IMG/VR virus record: IMGVR_UViG_3300017971_000185
Location: 186,001 to 250,000 of that record
Strand: one strand, 5' to 3'
Length of the DNA: 64,000 bases
Shown here: piece after piece, positions 1 to 12,600 of the stretch
Layout of the letters: each line of letters begins with the position of its first letter
How positions within the stretch are numbered: the first letter of the stretch is position 1
Notes under the pieces: generated by a model
Told to the model about the DNA's origin: nothing
The model's database searches: none
The model's input: only the letters and a program-made list of their open reading frames with translations
Made by a program: the position numbers and the translations under genes

Positions 1-1
1 C

Positions 2-2098
2 GACAAGTCTGCCGTCAACACCCAGAAGCAGATCAAGAAGCTGCGCGAGAAGTATCCGATTTGGTCAAATCGCCCGGCGAACATGTGGTTCAACATCGGA
101 GCCACTGACCGGGATTTCCAAGACGGTGAGGCTCCCATTGCGCTTGGCCAACTCGGTCTCTACGTCAGCAACAACAAGGGCAGGCTCATTGCGCCGGGGA
201 AAGCATACGGTACTGCACAAGCTGCACCGAAAGATCTGGCTGAAGATTTCGAGCAGGAGATGGAGGGTGAGCCCCAGGTAAACACCCGAACACTGGCAGC
301 CGTGTATGGCGGCTACGAGTGGCTCAAGAACAACGAGGAGGAATTCAAGGGCGCGTTGGACATGGACGACGTGCTCATCTCCGCGAGTCGCTTGCTCATT
401 GAGGATCCTCGTGCGTTGGCCCAGCTACAAGACCGAATCAAGTGTCTTTTAATCGACGAAGCACAAGACCTGAACGCTGCGCAGCATCTCTTGTTCGGCC
501 TGATTGCTGGCTATGTCGATCCTGCTACGCAAGCGCCTCGCAAAGACGGGCAGATGACGGCGGATACGTTTGCCTTCATAGGCGACGACCGCCAGGCGAT
601 TTACGCCTTTCGCGGAGCGTTGCCCGATCTCTTCATCGAGAAGTCAGATCTGGTCGAAGGCGGCGAAGGGTTCAACACCAAGACGTTGGATCTGAATTAC
701 CGATCTGGTTCGGCCATTGTCGAGGCTGCCAACAACCTCATCAAGCACAACGAGAAGCAGATCCCGATGGTCTGCAAGGCCAACGTAGAGCGCAAAGGCA
801 CAGGTGCCATCCAGCAGGTGACTCTGAAGACGCTAGAGGATTGTGCTGTCTACGCGGCAGAGCAGATCAAGGCGGCTACACAAGAGCTAGAGGATGTGAA
901 GGACCCCGTCACCCAAGCGGCGAGCCCGTCAGACTTCGGTGTTGCGGTGCGCACGAACAAGGAAGCGTACCAGTACGGCATCGAGATGATCAAACGAGGG
1001 ATTCCGTTCAAGTCGAAGTACAACTTCTTCAAGGGTCCCGCAGTCAAGGCTCTGCTCAACCTGATGACGCTTGCCTCGACTGGCAAGAAGGATGTGCGGC
1101 GCATCAACCGGGCCGTGGTCGAGGGAGTCCGCGCACCTGATTGGGGACTTAGCGAAAAGACTCTCAAGACGCGTCTCACCGAGAAGGCAGGACGCGGGGC
1201 GGACTGGTTTGATTGGCTCAGCAAGGGCGGTTGGAAGGAGATCTATCGAGATCGCGAGATGCAGGAACGGCTGCACAAGTATGTGGGATTCTTGAAGGAG
1301 GTCTTTGATCTCAAGGAGACCGACAGCGACGGGGTTCTCAACTTCCTGACCAACTATCCCGGTCCCGAGGGCAACTTGATCGATGCGTTGGTCGAGAGAG
1401 TCAAGCAGTCGAAAGACGACATGGAGGACTTCGGGAAGCAGTACGAGGACACATCCGAGGAGAACCTACGCGAGTACGCCTCGGCTCCAATCCAGGTGCT
1501 TTTTGAGATCACCAAGACCTATCCCAAGCTGGACGATGCCGTTGCGTATCTCAACGAGCTTTACGAGATGAACGAGCGGCTTTCGAGCACGGACGATCCG
1601 ACTCGTAAGGACTACAAGGAAGATCTCGAAGCCGTGCAGATTGACACGGTGCATGGCTGGAAGGGTCTGGAGTGCAAGAATCTCTTTGTTCCGATGTGGG
1701 AGGGTCGCAGAGGCGGTTTCCCACACGGCAAAGCCGAGGACATGACTTCGGAGCGTCGCCTGGCCTACGTCGCCATCACGCGCGGTGAGGATAGCGTCAC
1801 TATCCTGCGTCCCGAGTTTGATGGCGCTGTCGATCGTGAGGGTCGGCCGATTCCCACTCGCCAGTCTCGTTTCGTGACCGAGGCGTGCATTCAGGACGTG
1901 CCGGCCTATGGGGAGTCGGTTGTCGTGGAAGATCCCGAGGAGCAGGGGCGGACGGCGCAGGAGAAGGAAGCGAAATTCCGTTTCACGGATGACGAGCTAG
2001 ACGCCTACCTCAACGACGATCTCGAATACCTAGAGGGCCTGAGATCCGATGAAGAACCCGAGCGCCGGCTTGAGGCCGAATGGAAGTTTCTGCCATGA
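2..2098 (+). CDS. UvrD/Rep-family superfamily 1A helicase, 5'-truncated by the window edge
   Basis: The frame is open from position 2. SF1 motifs are visible: LLIDEAQD (II), GDDRQAIYAFRG (III), LDLNYRS (IV), TVHGWKGLE (V), ERRLAYVAITRG (VI). Walker A must lie upstream of the window. Confidence 0.93.
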   Translation, partial: DKSAVNTQKQIKKLREKYPIWSNRPANMWFNIGATDRDFQDGEAPIALGQLGLYVSNNKGRLIAPGKAYGTAQAAPKDLAEDFEQEMEGEPQVNTRTLAAVYGGYEWLKNNEEEFKGALDMDDVLISASRLLIEDPRALAQLQDRIKCLLIDEAQDLNAAQHLLFGLIAGYVDPATQAPRKDGQMTADTFAFIGDDRQAIYAFRGALPDLFIEKSDLVEGGEGFNTKTLDLNYRSGSAIVEAANNLIKHNEKQIPMVCKANVERKGTGAIQQVTLKTLEDCAVYAAEQIKAATQELEDVKDPVTQAASPSDFGVAVRTNKEAYQYGIEMIKRGIPFKSKYNFFKGPAVKALLNLMTLASTGKKDVRRINRAVVEGVRAPDWGLSEKTLKTRLTEKAGRGADWFDWLSKGGWKEIYRDREMQERLHKYVGFLKEVFDLKETDSDGVLNFLTNYPGPEGNLIDALVERVKQSKDDMEDFGKQYEDTSEENLREYASAPIQVLFEITKTYPKLDDAVAYLNELYEMNERLSSTDDPTRKDYKEDLEAVQIDTVHGWKGLECKNLFVPMWEGRRGGFPHGKAEDMTSERRLAYVAITRGEDSVTILRPEFDGAVDREGRPIPTRQSRFVTEACIQDVPAYGESVVVEDPEEQGRTAQEKEAKFRFTDDELDAYLNDDLEYLEGLRSDEEPERRLEAEWKFLP

Positions 2099-2925
2099 CG
2101 ACACACGAGGCAGCAGGCGGCACCTACGTCGAGATCTCTCGTGAGGAGTTTGAGGATTGGCTCAACAAGACGGGCTACAAGTGGGAGCGTGATCGATCCA
2201 AGGCCGGAATCTATGTCGTCAAGTTGTCGCCCAACGTAGGTATCCACATCTCATCTTCCATCGGCTCCAGAGACACGGGGCTCGCGAGGGGACGAGCCTC
2301 GGTCAAGATGAAGCTGGTCAGCCTCATCACGGGCTACACGCTCAACAAGAAGGTTCAAGGCCGCGATCACTTCAAGCGTACCAAAGGATGGCGACAGACC
2401 TGGAAGAAGGGTCTGGACGACTTCAAGGGCGCCTACATGAAGGCGAAGGACTGGTACGACAAGCTGGCGACCATCGAGAGCCGGGACGAGTACAAGGACG
2501 AGTGGCTCGGGAAGATCGAGGAGATCGGCGGCTGGGAAACCGATCGGATGCTCAAGGACTTCCACGACAAGCTGGAGAAGGGGAGCGTTCTTTCAGACAA
2601 GCAAGAAGCGGCGATTGAGCGCACCAAAGGACGGGGTGCTGGGCCTGGGAGAGCACCCCAAGAAGCGCCAAATGAGGAGTTGCTTGCCAAGCTGCGGGAG
2701 CTTTGGAAGCGAGCCAAGGCAGCCGCCGATCGCGGGGATCGGGACGGTGAGTGGACGATGGGCTTCGCCCAGAACATGGGCGAGAAGTTGAAGAAGGGGT
2801 GGCGTCTCACGCCCAATGAGAAACGGAAAATCGATGAGAAGCTCAAGAGGTATCGCGTCGCCTCGATGCTCGCGGAAGGTGCGATCCAACGCGTAGCTTC
2901 TCAGTTTCTCGCTAGGAGCCTGTAG
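2095..2925 (+). CDS. Hypothetical protein with C-terminal RVASQFL tag
   Basis: ATG at 2095 overlaps the helicase TGA (ATGA). Lys-rich globular sequence ending AIQRVASQFLARSL. Confidence 0.75.
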   Translation: MTTHEAAGGTYVEISREEFEDWLNKTGYKWERDRSKAGIYVVKLSPNVGIHISSSIGSRDTGLARGRASVKMKLVSLITGYTLNKKVQGRDHFKRTKGWRQTWKKGLDDFKGAYMKAKDWYDKLATIESRDEYKDEWLGKIEEIGGWETDRMLKDFHDKLEKGSVLSDKQEAAIERTKGRGAGPGRAPQEAPNEELLAKLRELWKRAKAAADRGDRDGEWTMGFAQNMGEKLKKGWRLTPNEKRKIDEKLKRYRVASMLAEGAIQRVASQFLARSL

Positions 2926-5273
2926 TGGGAGTCACGACTAGCAGCAACTACCGAGCACTGCTTGAGATCATTGACCTGAGCATCGCCTTGGGCAATGGGA
3001 ACCTGACGGGCGGCAACCATGTCGTGTTCACGTCGGGCGACGAGATGCGCGGTGAGGATCTCATGGGTCCTGGCGCTGCCGGTGCTCTGTTCCTACGGGG
3101 AGGCGATTCGCTGGGAGCGGGAGGCGATGGCGGCGATGTTGCCGTGCGCTTTGGCTCTCCCGATACCACCGGAAACGTAGGCACGATCTACATTGGTGAC
3201 ACGGCTCTGTTGCCTCCGGGTATTCCGGCTGCCGAGATTCCGGGCTCGGTCCTCATTGGTGGGGATACGAGAGTAGCCGATCCGGGTGGCTTGATCTGGG
3301 TCATGGCCGCTGGAGGCAATCCGATGGGGTTGCCTATTGCAGCTCAGGCAGGATCGGTCTGGTGCGAAGCAGGAGGAAGTGTAGGTGCGCTTCCGGGTGG
3401 CCTTTTCTATGCCAGGGGAGGAACAACACCTGTTGGAGCCCCCGTTTCCGGTCTTGGGGGAGTTGAGAATGCTGCCTATCTCCTTGGTGGAGATGCTGAT
3501 AACGATGACGATGCGGGCCAAGTCAACGTACAAGGAGGAGAAAGCAAAGGAACGGCAGGTGATGGGGGTCAGGTCACTGTAGAGGGGGGTCCTATTTTTG
3601 TGGGCGGCAACGTAGGTGGTGTTGGGGGTCCTGTTTATGTACAAGGTGGGGTCAATCTTTCAGGAAGTGGCCAGCCAGGTGGTTTGGTTGATGTAGCAGG
3701 TGGGAATCCTGGCGGAAAGGTCACGATTCAAGGAGGTCCTTCTTCTGTAGCGGTGAGTGGTGGAGATGTGGTTCTTACGCCTGGCGGCGGTGTTGGTGCG
3801 GTTGGTGTAGTTCAGACGACTGATGCAACGTCTGGGCATCAGATGGAGGGCTACTGCACGGTTGGGTCTCTCGCGTCTCCAATAGGGGTGGAAAAGCTAC
3901 GGGTTGTTGGGGATGCGAGAGTCGAAGGTAAGCTCACAGTTACGGGGCTGATTGATCCGACAGGACTTGTTGTTTCGGAGCAGATCGCCAAGCCGTTTGA
4001 TCCGACGGGGACGATTTACGGTGTTTATTGGGTTCAACGGGGAACGCCATGCTTGCCCTACTTCACGGACGATCAAGGCAATGATCACAACTTGCTTGGC
4101 GGTGGTGGTGTAGGCACCTACGATTCTTACCTTGATCAAGGCGCTGGTGCGGATGCAGATCCGATCTTCACGGACATGCCGCCTATCCAGGCGAAGATCG
4201 CAGGGCTTCCCGTACTCTCTGTTGGCTACCCAGCCACCAATACGCTTCATTTTCTCCCTGGCACGAACCTGTCACTCGTTACTCCTTTCATCGGTGCATA
4301 CGCTCTGCCCAACACTGAGATTCGGGGGACTGCGCCCATCGGGCCACTTGGAACAGTGGCCAATGATGCTGCTGTGGTGACGGTTTCCAATGTCGGCTTT
4401 CCGGGAGCTACTTTTGAGGATGTTCGTACGTTTAAAGACGTATGTTTCAGTCATGCGTCCTTTGCGATTGCTCCGACTTTCTTCTTCACGAATTCTCCCT
4501 ACTGCGAGTTTGACAACGTATCGACGCTGATTCCGGCAAATGCAAGTCCCACGGTCGGGATCTGGTATCAGACATTTCCCGGCAAGTTTGAGAGGCTAAG
4601 GATCAACAAGACGATCCTCGGGGGACAGTCTTTCGAGATGGACGGGGGCACACTGGATGTCATCGTAGAAACCGGCAATCAGATCGCAAACAGTGCCTTT
4701 ATTGGAACCGGAAACCTTCGCTTCTTTTTGAAAGGAAGCGGGAATTACATCAGCACTTCGCAAGGTCCCACCCTCGATATCGAGATCGGAGACGGGACTG
4801 TGGGAGTCCCTCCCAAATTCAGCGGAGCCGAGACATTCACGTTTGGTGCGGGCACCCATTCGTGGAATTGGTCGGGAGGGCCCGTACCGCCTGGCACGAC
4901 CGGATACCAACTCTGTCCTGGAGGGGGCATGTTGGTTGGCGATCCGCCCCCTCCCGATCCCGGCGGCGGGGGAACACAGCTTCAAGCGGGCCGAACCGTG
5001 AGAGGTATCGTTCGCGGAATTCACGTTCAGATCGGAGCGAATGTCAGCAACGCGAATTTCAACGTGTGGATCCTCGAAGGCGGTGTCCTGAAGTATCAAG
5101 AGGGTCCGGCCCCGTTCCCCTTCTCTCTTCTTGGATGTGTGGGACTGGGGACATATCTCTCCACGACATTCGCCGAATTGACGGGCACGTTTCCCCTCGC
5201 CGTCTGGATCGTTCCAGCCGCGCTGAGTCAGGGGGACTGGGATCACATCAACGTCTCCTTCTTCGTCAGGTAG
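2925..5273 (+). CDS. Gly-rich virion fibre-like structural protein (782 aa)
   Basis: GTG overlaps the upstream TAG. GGxVxxxGG repeats. Shares GKLTVTGLIDPTG with 14902-19869 and an N-terminal TSSN[YF]RALL motif with 6137-6601. Confidence 0.65.
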   Translation: MGVTTSSNYRALLEIIDLSIALGNGNLTGGNHVVFTSGDEMRGEDLMGPGAAGALFLRGGDSLGAGGDGGDVAVRFGSPDTTGNVGTIYIGDTALLPPGIPAAEIPGSVLIGGDTRVADPGGLIWVMAAGGNPMGLPIAAQAGSVWCEAGGSVGALPGGLFYARGGTTPVGAPVSGLGGVENAAYLLGGDADNDDDAGQVNVQGGESKGTAGDGGQVTVEGGPIFVGGNVGGVGGPVYVQGGVNLSGSGQPGGLVDVAGGNPGGKVTIQGGPSSVAVSGGDVVLTPGGGVGAVGVVQTTDATSGHQMEGYCTVGSLASPIGVEKLRVVGDARVEGKLTVTGLIDPTGLVVSEQIAKPFDPTGTIYGVYWVQRGTPCLPYFTDDQGNDHNLLGGGGVGTYDSYLDQGAGADADPIFTDMPPIQAKIAGLPVLSVGYPATNTLHFLPGTNLSLVTPFIGAYALPNTEIRGTAPIGPLGTVANDAAVVTVSNVGFPGATFEDVRTFKDVCFSHASFAIAPTFFFTNSPYCEFDNVSTLIPANASPTVGIWYQTFPGKFERLRINKTILGGQSFEMDGGTLDVIVETGNQIANSAFIGTGNLRFFLKGSGNYISTSQGPTLDIEIGDGTVGVPPKFSGAETFTFGAGTHSWNWSGGPVPPGTTGYQLCPGGGMLVGDPPPPDPGGGGTQLQAGRTVRGIVRGIHVQIGANVSNANFNVWILEGGVLKYQEGPAPFPFSLLGCVGLGTYLSTTFAELTGTFPLAVWIVPAALSQGDWDHINVSFFVR

Positions 5274-5280
5274 GAAGATC

Positions 5281-6036
5281 ATGCGCGAAGCCAACACGAC
5301 AACGCCCAACTTCGTCGGTACTCCGGCAGGATGGCGGCGCGTGGGATTCACGGACCAAGACGGGATTGTACAAGTGGCGATGGTCAAGATGGAGGCGGAC
5401 TGGGATGTCGAGGTTCACATCGAGGAAGAAAATTGGACGTGGTACTGCGTCGGGGTGAGCCCCGATAAGCAGCAAGTCGTTGCCGAAAGGTGGCTCGTCA
5501 ACCATGCGCCTCGGAGACTTGAGTATGGCGATCTGGCGGAGCAGCAGGCTGCGATGGATGGACAAGATGCCACGACGCTTGATCATGCTGGTCTTGTGAC
5601 CGCTCTCAAGTCTGCGCTTACCAGTGGAGACAGCCCACCGCAGGTTCCACCGCGGACGTTCGATCTCACGCCGGTAAACGATACTCACACGATCGAGCAG
5701 GTCGGTCCGGGTCTGTTCCAGCGAGGGGATCTGTGCTTCTCGAATCGGAACGAGTACCGAGCGTGGTGGTTTGATCTCGGGGGGCGACGCGAGGCCATGC
5801 GCACGATGTCGGTAGTGGGCCACATCCGGCACGTCTACAAGAATGGCAATCGAGAGATCTTCTTCCTGTTTGAGATTGATGACGACTATCTGTTGGAGCA
5901 CGTCCGTCCGTGGGAAGGGACGCTCCAGAGGCGTCACGTCCGGGTTCCGAAGACAACGGTGACGGCGACAGAGCCGCCAGACATCATCGAGGAGTTGGAT
6001 CCTCAGCTTGTCTTTGACCCGGATGCCTTCGCCTGA
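5281..6036 (+). CDS. Hypothetical protein in the structural block
   Basis: 251-aa ORF with a GGAAG RBS, collinear with the fibre genes. No motif recognised. Confidence 0.65.
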   Translation: MREANTTTPNFVGTPAGWRRVGFTDQDGIVQVAMVKMEADWDVEVHIEEENWTWYCVGVSPDKQQVVAERWLVNHAPRRLEYGDLAEQQAAMDGQDATTLDHAGLVTALKSALTSGDSPPQVPPRTFDLTPVNDTHTIEQVGPGLFQRGDLCFSNRNEYRAWWFDLGGRREAMRTMSVVGHIRHVYKNGNREIFFLFEIDDDYLLEHVRPWEGTLQRRHVRVPKTTVTATEPPDIIEELDPQLVFDPDAFA

Positions 6037-6136
6037 GTGACATTTGGGGCGCATAGCCCGCGCGGATAGGGCCGGAGGCTCGTTTTTCTGGCTGTAGGGC
6101 AGCCGTAAACGAGGGGCCTTCGCCTCCCTTCCAAAC

Positions 6137-6601
6137 GTGCTTTCTACTTCCTCAAACTTCAGAGCCCTCCTCGATCTCATCGGGGCCGCGGCAACCGTCG
6201 TTCATGCGGGTGTCGGGTCTCCTGAGGGTTCGGAGATTGGGAACATTGGGGACATTTACGCGCGGTTGGACGGAGGCCCTGGAAACTCCCTTTACCTCAA
6301 GGTCGCAGGAAACGGTCTGAACACGGGGTGGGTCCCAGGCGGCCCGGCGTTGGAGGCAGATCTGACTGCTCAGACGACGCCGCCAACCAGCACGTTCACG
6401 TTGGGAGCCAAGGCTTTTCACAATCCTTCTATTCAAGTCGTAATGGAAGTTTACCTGAATGGTCAGCAGCAGGTTCGGGGAGCCGGTGCTGACTACACGG
6501 TGTCAGAGAGCGGGGGTCCAGGCACGGGGTACGACACCATTTCGTTCACGTTTACACCCCGAGCAGGAGACCGTCTGCTCGTTTTTTACCTGCCTCTGTA
6601 G
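6137..6601 (+). CDS. Small virion structural protein (fibre knob motif plus Ig-like C-terminal module)
   Basis: GSPEG..GNIGDIYAR..LYLK..GW knob motif. The C-terminal VYLNG..GADY..ISF..PRAGD module resembles the C-terminus of the 2543-aa protein. Confidence 0.6.
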   Translation: MLSTSSNFRALLDLIGAAATVVHAGVGSPEGSEIGNIGDIYARLDGGPGNSLYLKVAGNGLNTGWVPGGPALEADLTAQTTPPTSTFTLGAKAFHNPSIQVVMEVYLNGQQQVRGAGADYTVSESGGPGTGYDTISFTFTPRAGDRLLVFYLPL

Positions 6602-6619
6602 GCAAGGAGCACACAGGCC

Positions 6620-9600
6620 ATGTCGCGCACACAACTCAATCCAGATGCCGTCGATACTCTACTCCAGACAGAGTTTGACGACACGAAGACGACCGGCTCC
6701 GGCATGGAGTCGACTCCCACGAACCTCATCGACAACATCAACAACGCGATCACGATGTTGCGTGAGTTTTCGGGGTCGTCGGAGTGGTATACGAAACCGG
6801 CGGACAATACCGAGACCTTCCAGACGACCAAGGCCAATGCGCGTCAGGTCTTCGCGTTCCGCACCTACGTCCTCACGGATGTGACGGTAACGGCGGCTCA
6901 GAATTATGAGGTTCTGAACGTCGCTGGGGGCGAAGCTCCGACTGTGACGGCATCTGTGGGTGCAGTCACAACTGAGGGCGCGGTCGTGGCCTACTATTCA
7001 GGTTTTCCAGGCCATAGTTTGGTTGAGGTTACGGGGCCGGATGCTCTGAATCCCGTAAACCTGTGCTTGCTCGTTGATGCCGCGACCGGCGATGCGATCC
7101 AGTCGAGTAACGGTTTTGAGATCAAGGCGCTCCTTCAATATGAGATCAATGTAGATGGTGACCCGTTCAATGATACGGATAAGCGTGTCCAGCTTTCGTT
7201 CGTGGAGAGAAATGCAGGCGGAACCGATCTCATCGCTACCCTTGCTGCGGACATCGCGACAAAGACCATCAATTACTCCTATCCGCGACGACTCCAATAT
7301 CAGAATCTCCCCGAGTCTGTGTTCCTGACTGGATTCTTCGCGGACAACGTCGCTGCGGTTGACGTGACTCTGACCAACGCGGCAACCAATCAGTCTGGCG
7401 ATGTCACTTACACGACCAAGGACATCAATTGGGTCATTCCGGCCAACGAGGATCACTTCCAGTTTGAGGATGGGACCAACGTCATCGCCAAATTCGAGCG
7501 CGACGGAGCAGGCAATGGCGATGTGACTCTCGGTAGCTCTGGTGCAAGCTCCGACATCACGATTGCTGGTTCACTCCTCGACATCGACGTATCCAGTACG
7601 GTTGACATCAAGAACGGTCTTGCGGTCGATACAGACGCAGCGGGCACGACGATCAACATCGGCGTCACTCCGAACCAGATCGATGTTGCCGGAAACCTGA
7701 CGCTTGACGCGAGTGCAGGAGCGATCACGACCAACGCGACAGATGCGGCCAACACGATCAAGACGACTTCCAGCGGCAGTGTGATCGTTGACGGCATCAG
7801 TGGCGTCGAGATCAACTCGACTTCTGGTTCAATCCAGATTGGCAACGACGCGGACGCTCAGAACATCCTCATCGGAACCGGAGGAGCCGCACGAACGATC
7901 TCGATCGGAAACGAGACTGGCGCAACGGCTCTGGATCTCGATGCTGGTACGGGTGGTGTGACGATCGATGCCGAGGGTGCTGGGGTCATCCAAATTGGTA
8001 ATCAGGCCGATACTGGAACAATCAGCATCGGAACGGGTGTCGCGGCTCGCACGATCACAATCGGAAACGCGACAGGTGCAACCGTTGTAGATCTTGACGC
8101 GGGAACCGGCGGGTTCACGCTTGATTCGACGGTGGATGGCACCACTGCGATGATGACGTGGACGACTACGGGCGGTGCAGATGGCGATTCGGTTGAGATC
8201 TTCGTGGGTGAGACAGATCCTTCGGCTGGTGGTGGTGTTGTTGCGCCCGTCGGTTCGATGTTGTGGCGTGACTCGGGCGGAACGGGGACGACAGGTGAAG
8301 CATGGCTCAAGACAGGAGCCGGGAACACAGATTGGGAACAGATCCAAACCGGTGGTGGTGACACGACTCTCCAGGTTGCCTACGAGAATGGCAACACGAT
8401 CACGACAAACGGTGGAGAAGGGAACATCACCTTCGACGGAACCGAGGATTTCATTGTTGGTGGCTCTGTAACTGTTGCTTTTGATACGACAGATGCGATC
8501 ACCTTTGATGCGGATGCCAATTCTAACTTCACTGTCGATGACGCGGATCTGACTCTTTCGACCACTACAGGTGGTGTGGTTGATGTCGATGGTGAGGATG
8601 GGATTACGATCGATTCTAATGCCGGAGCCATTGGAATTGGTACGGAGGACGACACGGGGGACATCAACATTGGAACCGGAGCGGCTGCGCGTTCGATCAC
8701 GGTGGGTAACACGACCGGCACAACAGGAATCGACTACATCGCCGGAACCGGTGGTCACGATTTCACCACGGGCATCGCGGTGGACTCGGGCGGCGGCGTC
8801 GCGGACACCATCTACATAGGTCTCGGCGGGACGGTGAACGGTGAGACCGGCGTGGCGAACACCATCCAGCCAGGGACGGGTGGTAATCTTGAGGTTCGGG
8901 GAGGTGCGGGAGCGAGCAATTCGGGCTACGTTTCGCTTGCTACACAGGACGGCGGAACGGATAGTGATGCGGGTACGGTTTACATCTCACCGGGGGACGG
9001 AGTGGGCACGGGAGATGGTGGCGATGTTTCGCTGAACTGTGGTGACGCGGATACTTCGGGGAACGGCGGAAGTTTCAGCGGGACGGCTGGAACAAGTGGG
9101 TCTTCTTCGGGGGCAGCCGGTACTGTTTCATTTACTGGTGGTACGGCTGGAGCCGCAACGGTAGCTGGTGGGGCTGTCACGTTCCAAGGCGGAACAGGCA
9201 ATACGACTGGAGTCGGCGGGGCAGCGACACTCCAGGGTGGTATTCCGGGCACTACAGGAGTTGGTGGTGCGGCGAACGTCTACGGTCGCGATGGCGGATC
9301 GTCAGGCGGTGCTGGCGGCGGGGTCAACGTCGCGTCGGGTAGCGGTCAGGCTGGAAATACGGCGGGCGGAGAGGTCGACATCACGACCGGAGCGGGTTTC
9401 GGGACCGGCAGCGGAGGCGTTCTCGACGTCAATACCGGGACTTCGGGTTCGGGTGCGACGGGAGACGGTGGAGACATCGACATCGACACTGCCTCGTCCT
9501 CGGCTACAAACGGAGACGCCGGGAACATTCTCATCAATACAGGTGACGGTACGGGGTCAGGAGACGGTGGCGATCTGGTCATCGGCCTGGGCGACGCAGT

Positions 9601-12600
9601 GGCGACCGGCAACGGCGGTTACTTGAGCGCGAGCGCGGGAGCCAGTGGTTCCGGCAGCGGGATTGCCGGTTACGTCACGTTCACGGGTGGCACAGCGGGC
9701 TACAGCGGATGTGCCGGAGGGGATGTAACGTATCAGGGCGGCACGGGGAACGGGAGCGGTGCGGGCGGACCCGCCACGCTGCGGGGTGGTACGGCAGGGA
9801 CGACGGGAGTTGGCGGAGCTGCGAACGTCACCGGTCGCGATGGCGGCAGCACGAGCGGCAACGGTGGCGGCGTGAACATCGCCTCGGGATCCGCCACGAG
9901 CGGCATGGGCGGAGAGATCGACATGACCGCGGGCTCCGGGACCGTCGTCGGTGGCGACATTGACCTGAACGCGGGAAGCGGAGCGGGGACGGGAGGAACG
10001 GACGGCGGCATCGTCTGGGCGACGGGTGGACCAGGCGGTCTGGGGGCCATCGGCGACCCTCCAACGGCGGCCGGAACGGCCGGTAGCCTGCGATTCGCGG
10101 GCGGGACCGGCGGTGCGGGGACGGCCAGCAGCACTGGAGGCAGCGATGCCTCCGATGCGGGTGCCGGTGGTCCGGTCTTCATCAACGGTGGTTTTGGTGG
10201 CGCAGGAGCCAGCGGCACCGACGACGATGCCGATGCGGGCCCCGGCGGCGACGTGAACATCATGGGTGGTGCGGGCGGTTTCGGTGCGGGGACGGGTCAG
10301 AACGCCGACGGCGGCGGGGTCATCCTCACGGGGGGTTCGGCCAGCACGGGCGGTGCGGGCTTCGGTGCCGCGGGATACGTCCAACTGCGGACTCCTACGG
10401 GTCCCGCCACCACGATCACGCAGGGCGCCGTCGTCGTGGAATTCAACAACCAAGGAACCGGGACCGGCGGCGGCCAGGCGATGTCCCTGTACACGGGCAC
10501 GGCCACGCCTACTCACAGCGCGGACACGGGATCTCTGTTCCTCCTCGATGACAACAGCACCGGAAAGGCGTTTCTCAACGACTCCTCCGGCGGCTCAGGG
10601 ACCGACTGGGTGGAGGTGTGTCTCTGCGACTCGGTCACGCTCGACCTGGCGGTCGATAACCAGGGTACCGACGCCGTCACGCAGACGCAGAATCTCACTT
10701 GGAACATTGCCGACGCTGGGTCTATCAGTTGGATAACTGCGGACACCTCGTACATCTACATCGGCGGCCCGACGAACGGCCAGACCACCCTGGCGAAATT
10801 CACGTCTGCGCCCGACAACGATTCGGTGATTCTCGGGAACGCGGCCACGGGCACGTCGGTGGCGCTCAGCGCCGGCTCTGGCAACATGGACGTCGCCGTC
10901 GCGTCGGGCAACCTGTCGATGGGCGCCACGTCGGGGAACGTCGCGCTCACCACCACGACAGCAGGAACGATCGATGTCGATGGTGCTGGGACTGTCTCCA
11001 TCAACTCCTCTGGCGGCAACCTGAACATCGGCGACGACGATGATACCGGTGACATCAACATCGGGACCAACGCGAGCGGGGCGCGGGACATCGACGTCGG
11101 CAGCTCCAACGCGGGCACGACCTTCACGGTCACGGCGGGGACGAGCACGTGCGCCTCTCAACAGAACGCGAACTCGTTCGGCCAGAGCACGACGCAGAGA
11201 GACGGCGCCAGCAACCCCGGCGTGTTCACCAGCGTCGCCTCGTACCAGTCGTTCGAGAACGCCACGGCCGGGAACCTCGCGATCAACTACAACACCGGCT
11301 ACACGACGAACTCCGGCACGAACACCTATCAGGTCTTCGTGGTCCAGGGGAACAACACGACCGACACCATCACGGACATCACCAACAACGGTGCGGCGTC
11401 GAACCCGACGATGACCACGACGGGCAGCGCCACCTACAGCGCGGGCAAAGTCCTCCTGGTCACGTCGGGAGCCCTTGAAGACAACCAGGGGCTCTACGAG
11501 GTCGTGTCGCACGTCGGGACCACGCTGACCCTCGCCGCCTCCCCCACGGCTGGCGCCGAGTGGGTGCATCAGCAGGTCACGTCCGAGAGCAGCATCACGG
11601 CCTCCGTCACCGACGTGACGGTCTCGGTCCTGCGCGCGAACTCCTCGGGCCAGATGCAGATCGCCGAGAGTGTCAGCGACACTAGCGCCATCACCTGGCA
11701 GGATCTTGGTTCCGCCGCGGCAGTCGCACTTGAGGCGGCGTGGGCTAACGCCACGGGCGCGGGCACCGTCCTGGCCAACAGCTTCACTGGTGAGATTTCC
11801 GACGGCGACACCTATCTGGTCCAGACCGAAACCGGGAACCACGCTCTGCTCTCTTTGGCGGCAGTAAACGGCGCAGATGTGGTTACCGTCGGCACGAGCA
11901 ACAGCGCCAACCAGACCAGCGTCAATGCCGGAACGGGCGGCCTGGACTGCGTCGCGTCTGGCACGAAGGCCGGAACGGTCTCAACCCAGCTTCGGGTGAC
12001 GAACACGGACACGGACAACGGGTCGGAGGCCGAGATCAACATTCTCGCGTACGAAAACGCGTCAACGGCCAACGCGGTGGAGGCGACCATCAACGTCGAG
12101 GCGACGAGCGACTCGGCTAACGGCGTGAACACGGTCAACATACAGAACACGGCCGATGGTACCGTGAACATCGCCGCGAGTGCCAACGACAACACTGTGA
12201 ACCTCAACACGGGGGCGGCGGCGAAGACCACCGCTGTCGGGTCCACGAACACCACGTCAGCGACGACGATCGAGGCCGGCAGCGGGGCCGGGAGTTTCAC
12301 GGTCGCGGGCGCCAACCTGACGCTCTCGACCACGACTGCTGGAGATGCCGAACTCATCGCGGCGGACACGGTGCAGATCACGGCCGGGGATGAGGCGGCG
12401 GCGGTGGGCAATCCGGTGAACATCAACGCGGGCGACGGCGGGGGCGACGGCAACGACGGCGGCAGCGTCGTCCTGGAGCCGGGGCAGCCAGGCGGTGGTG
12501 CTGGGGAAGTGGGTGTCGTCAAGGCGACAACCGACACGGCGAGCGAGGGGTTCCCGATCATCCAGATTGAGAACAACACCGGAGGGGCCGCCAACGTGGC

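Noticed and set aside
2056-2098. Helicase C-terminal ERRLEAEW as another copy of the RVA tag
   Set aside because: It matches only in rhythm (R-L-x-A-x-W) and is too degenerate to count.
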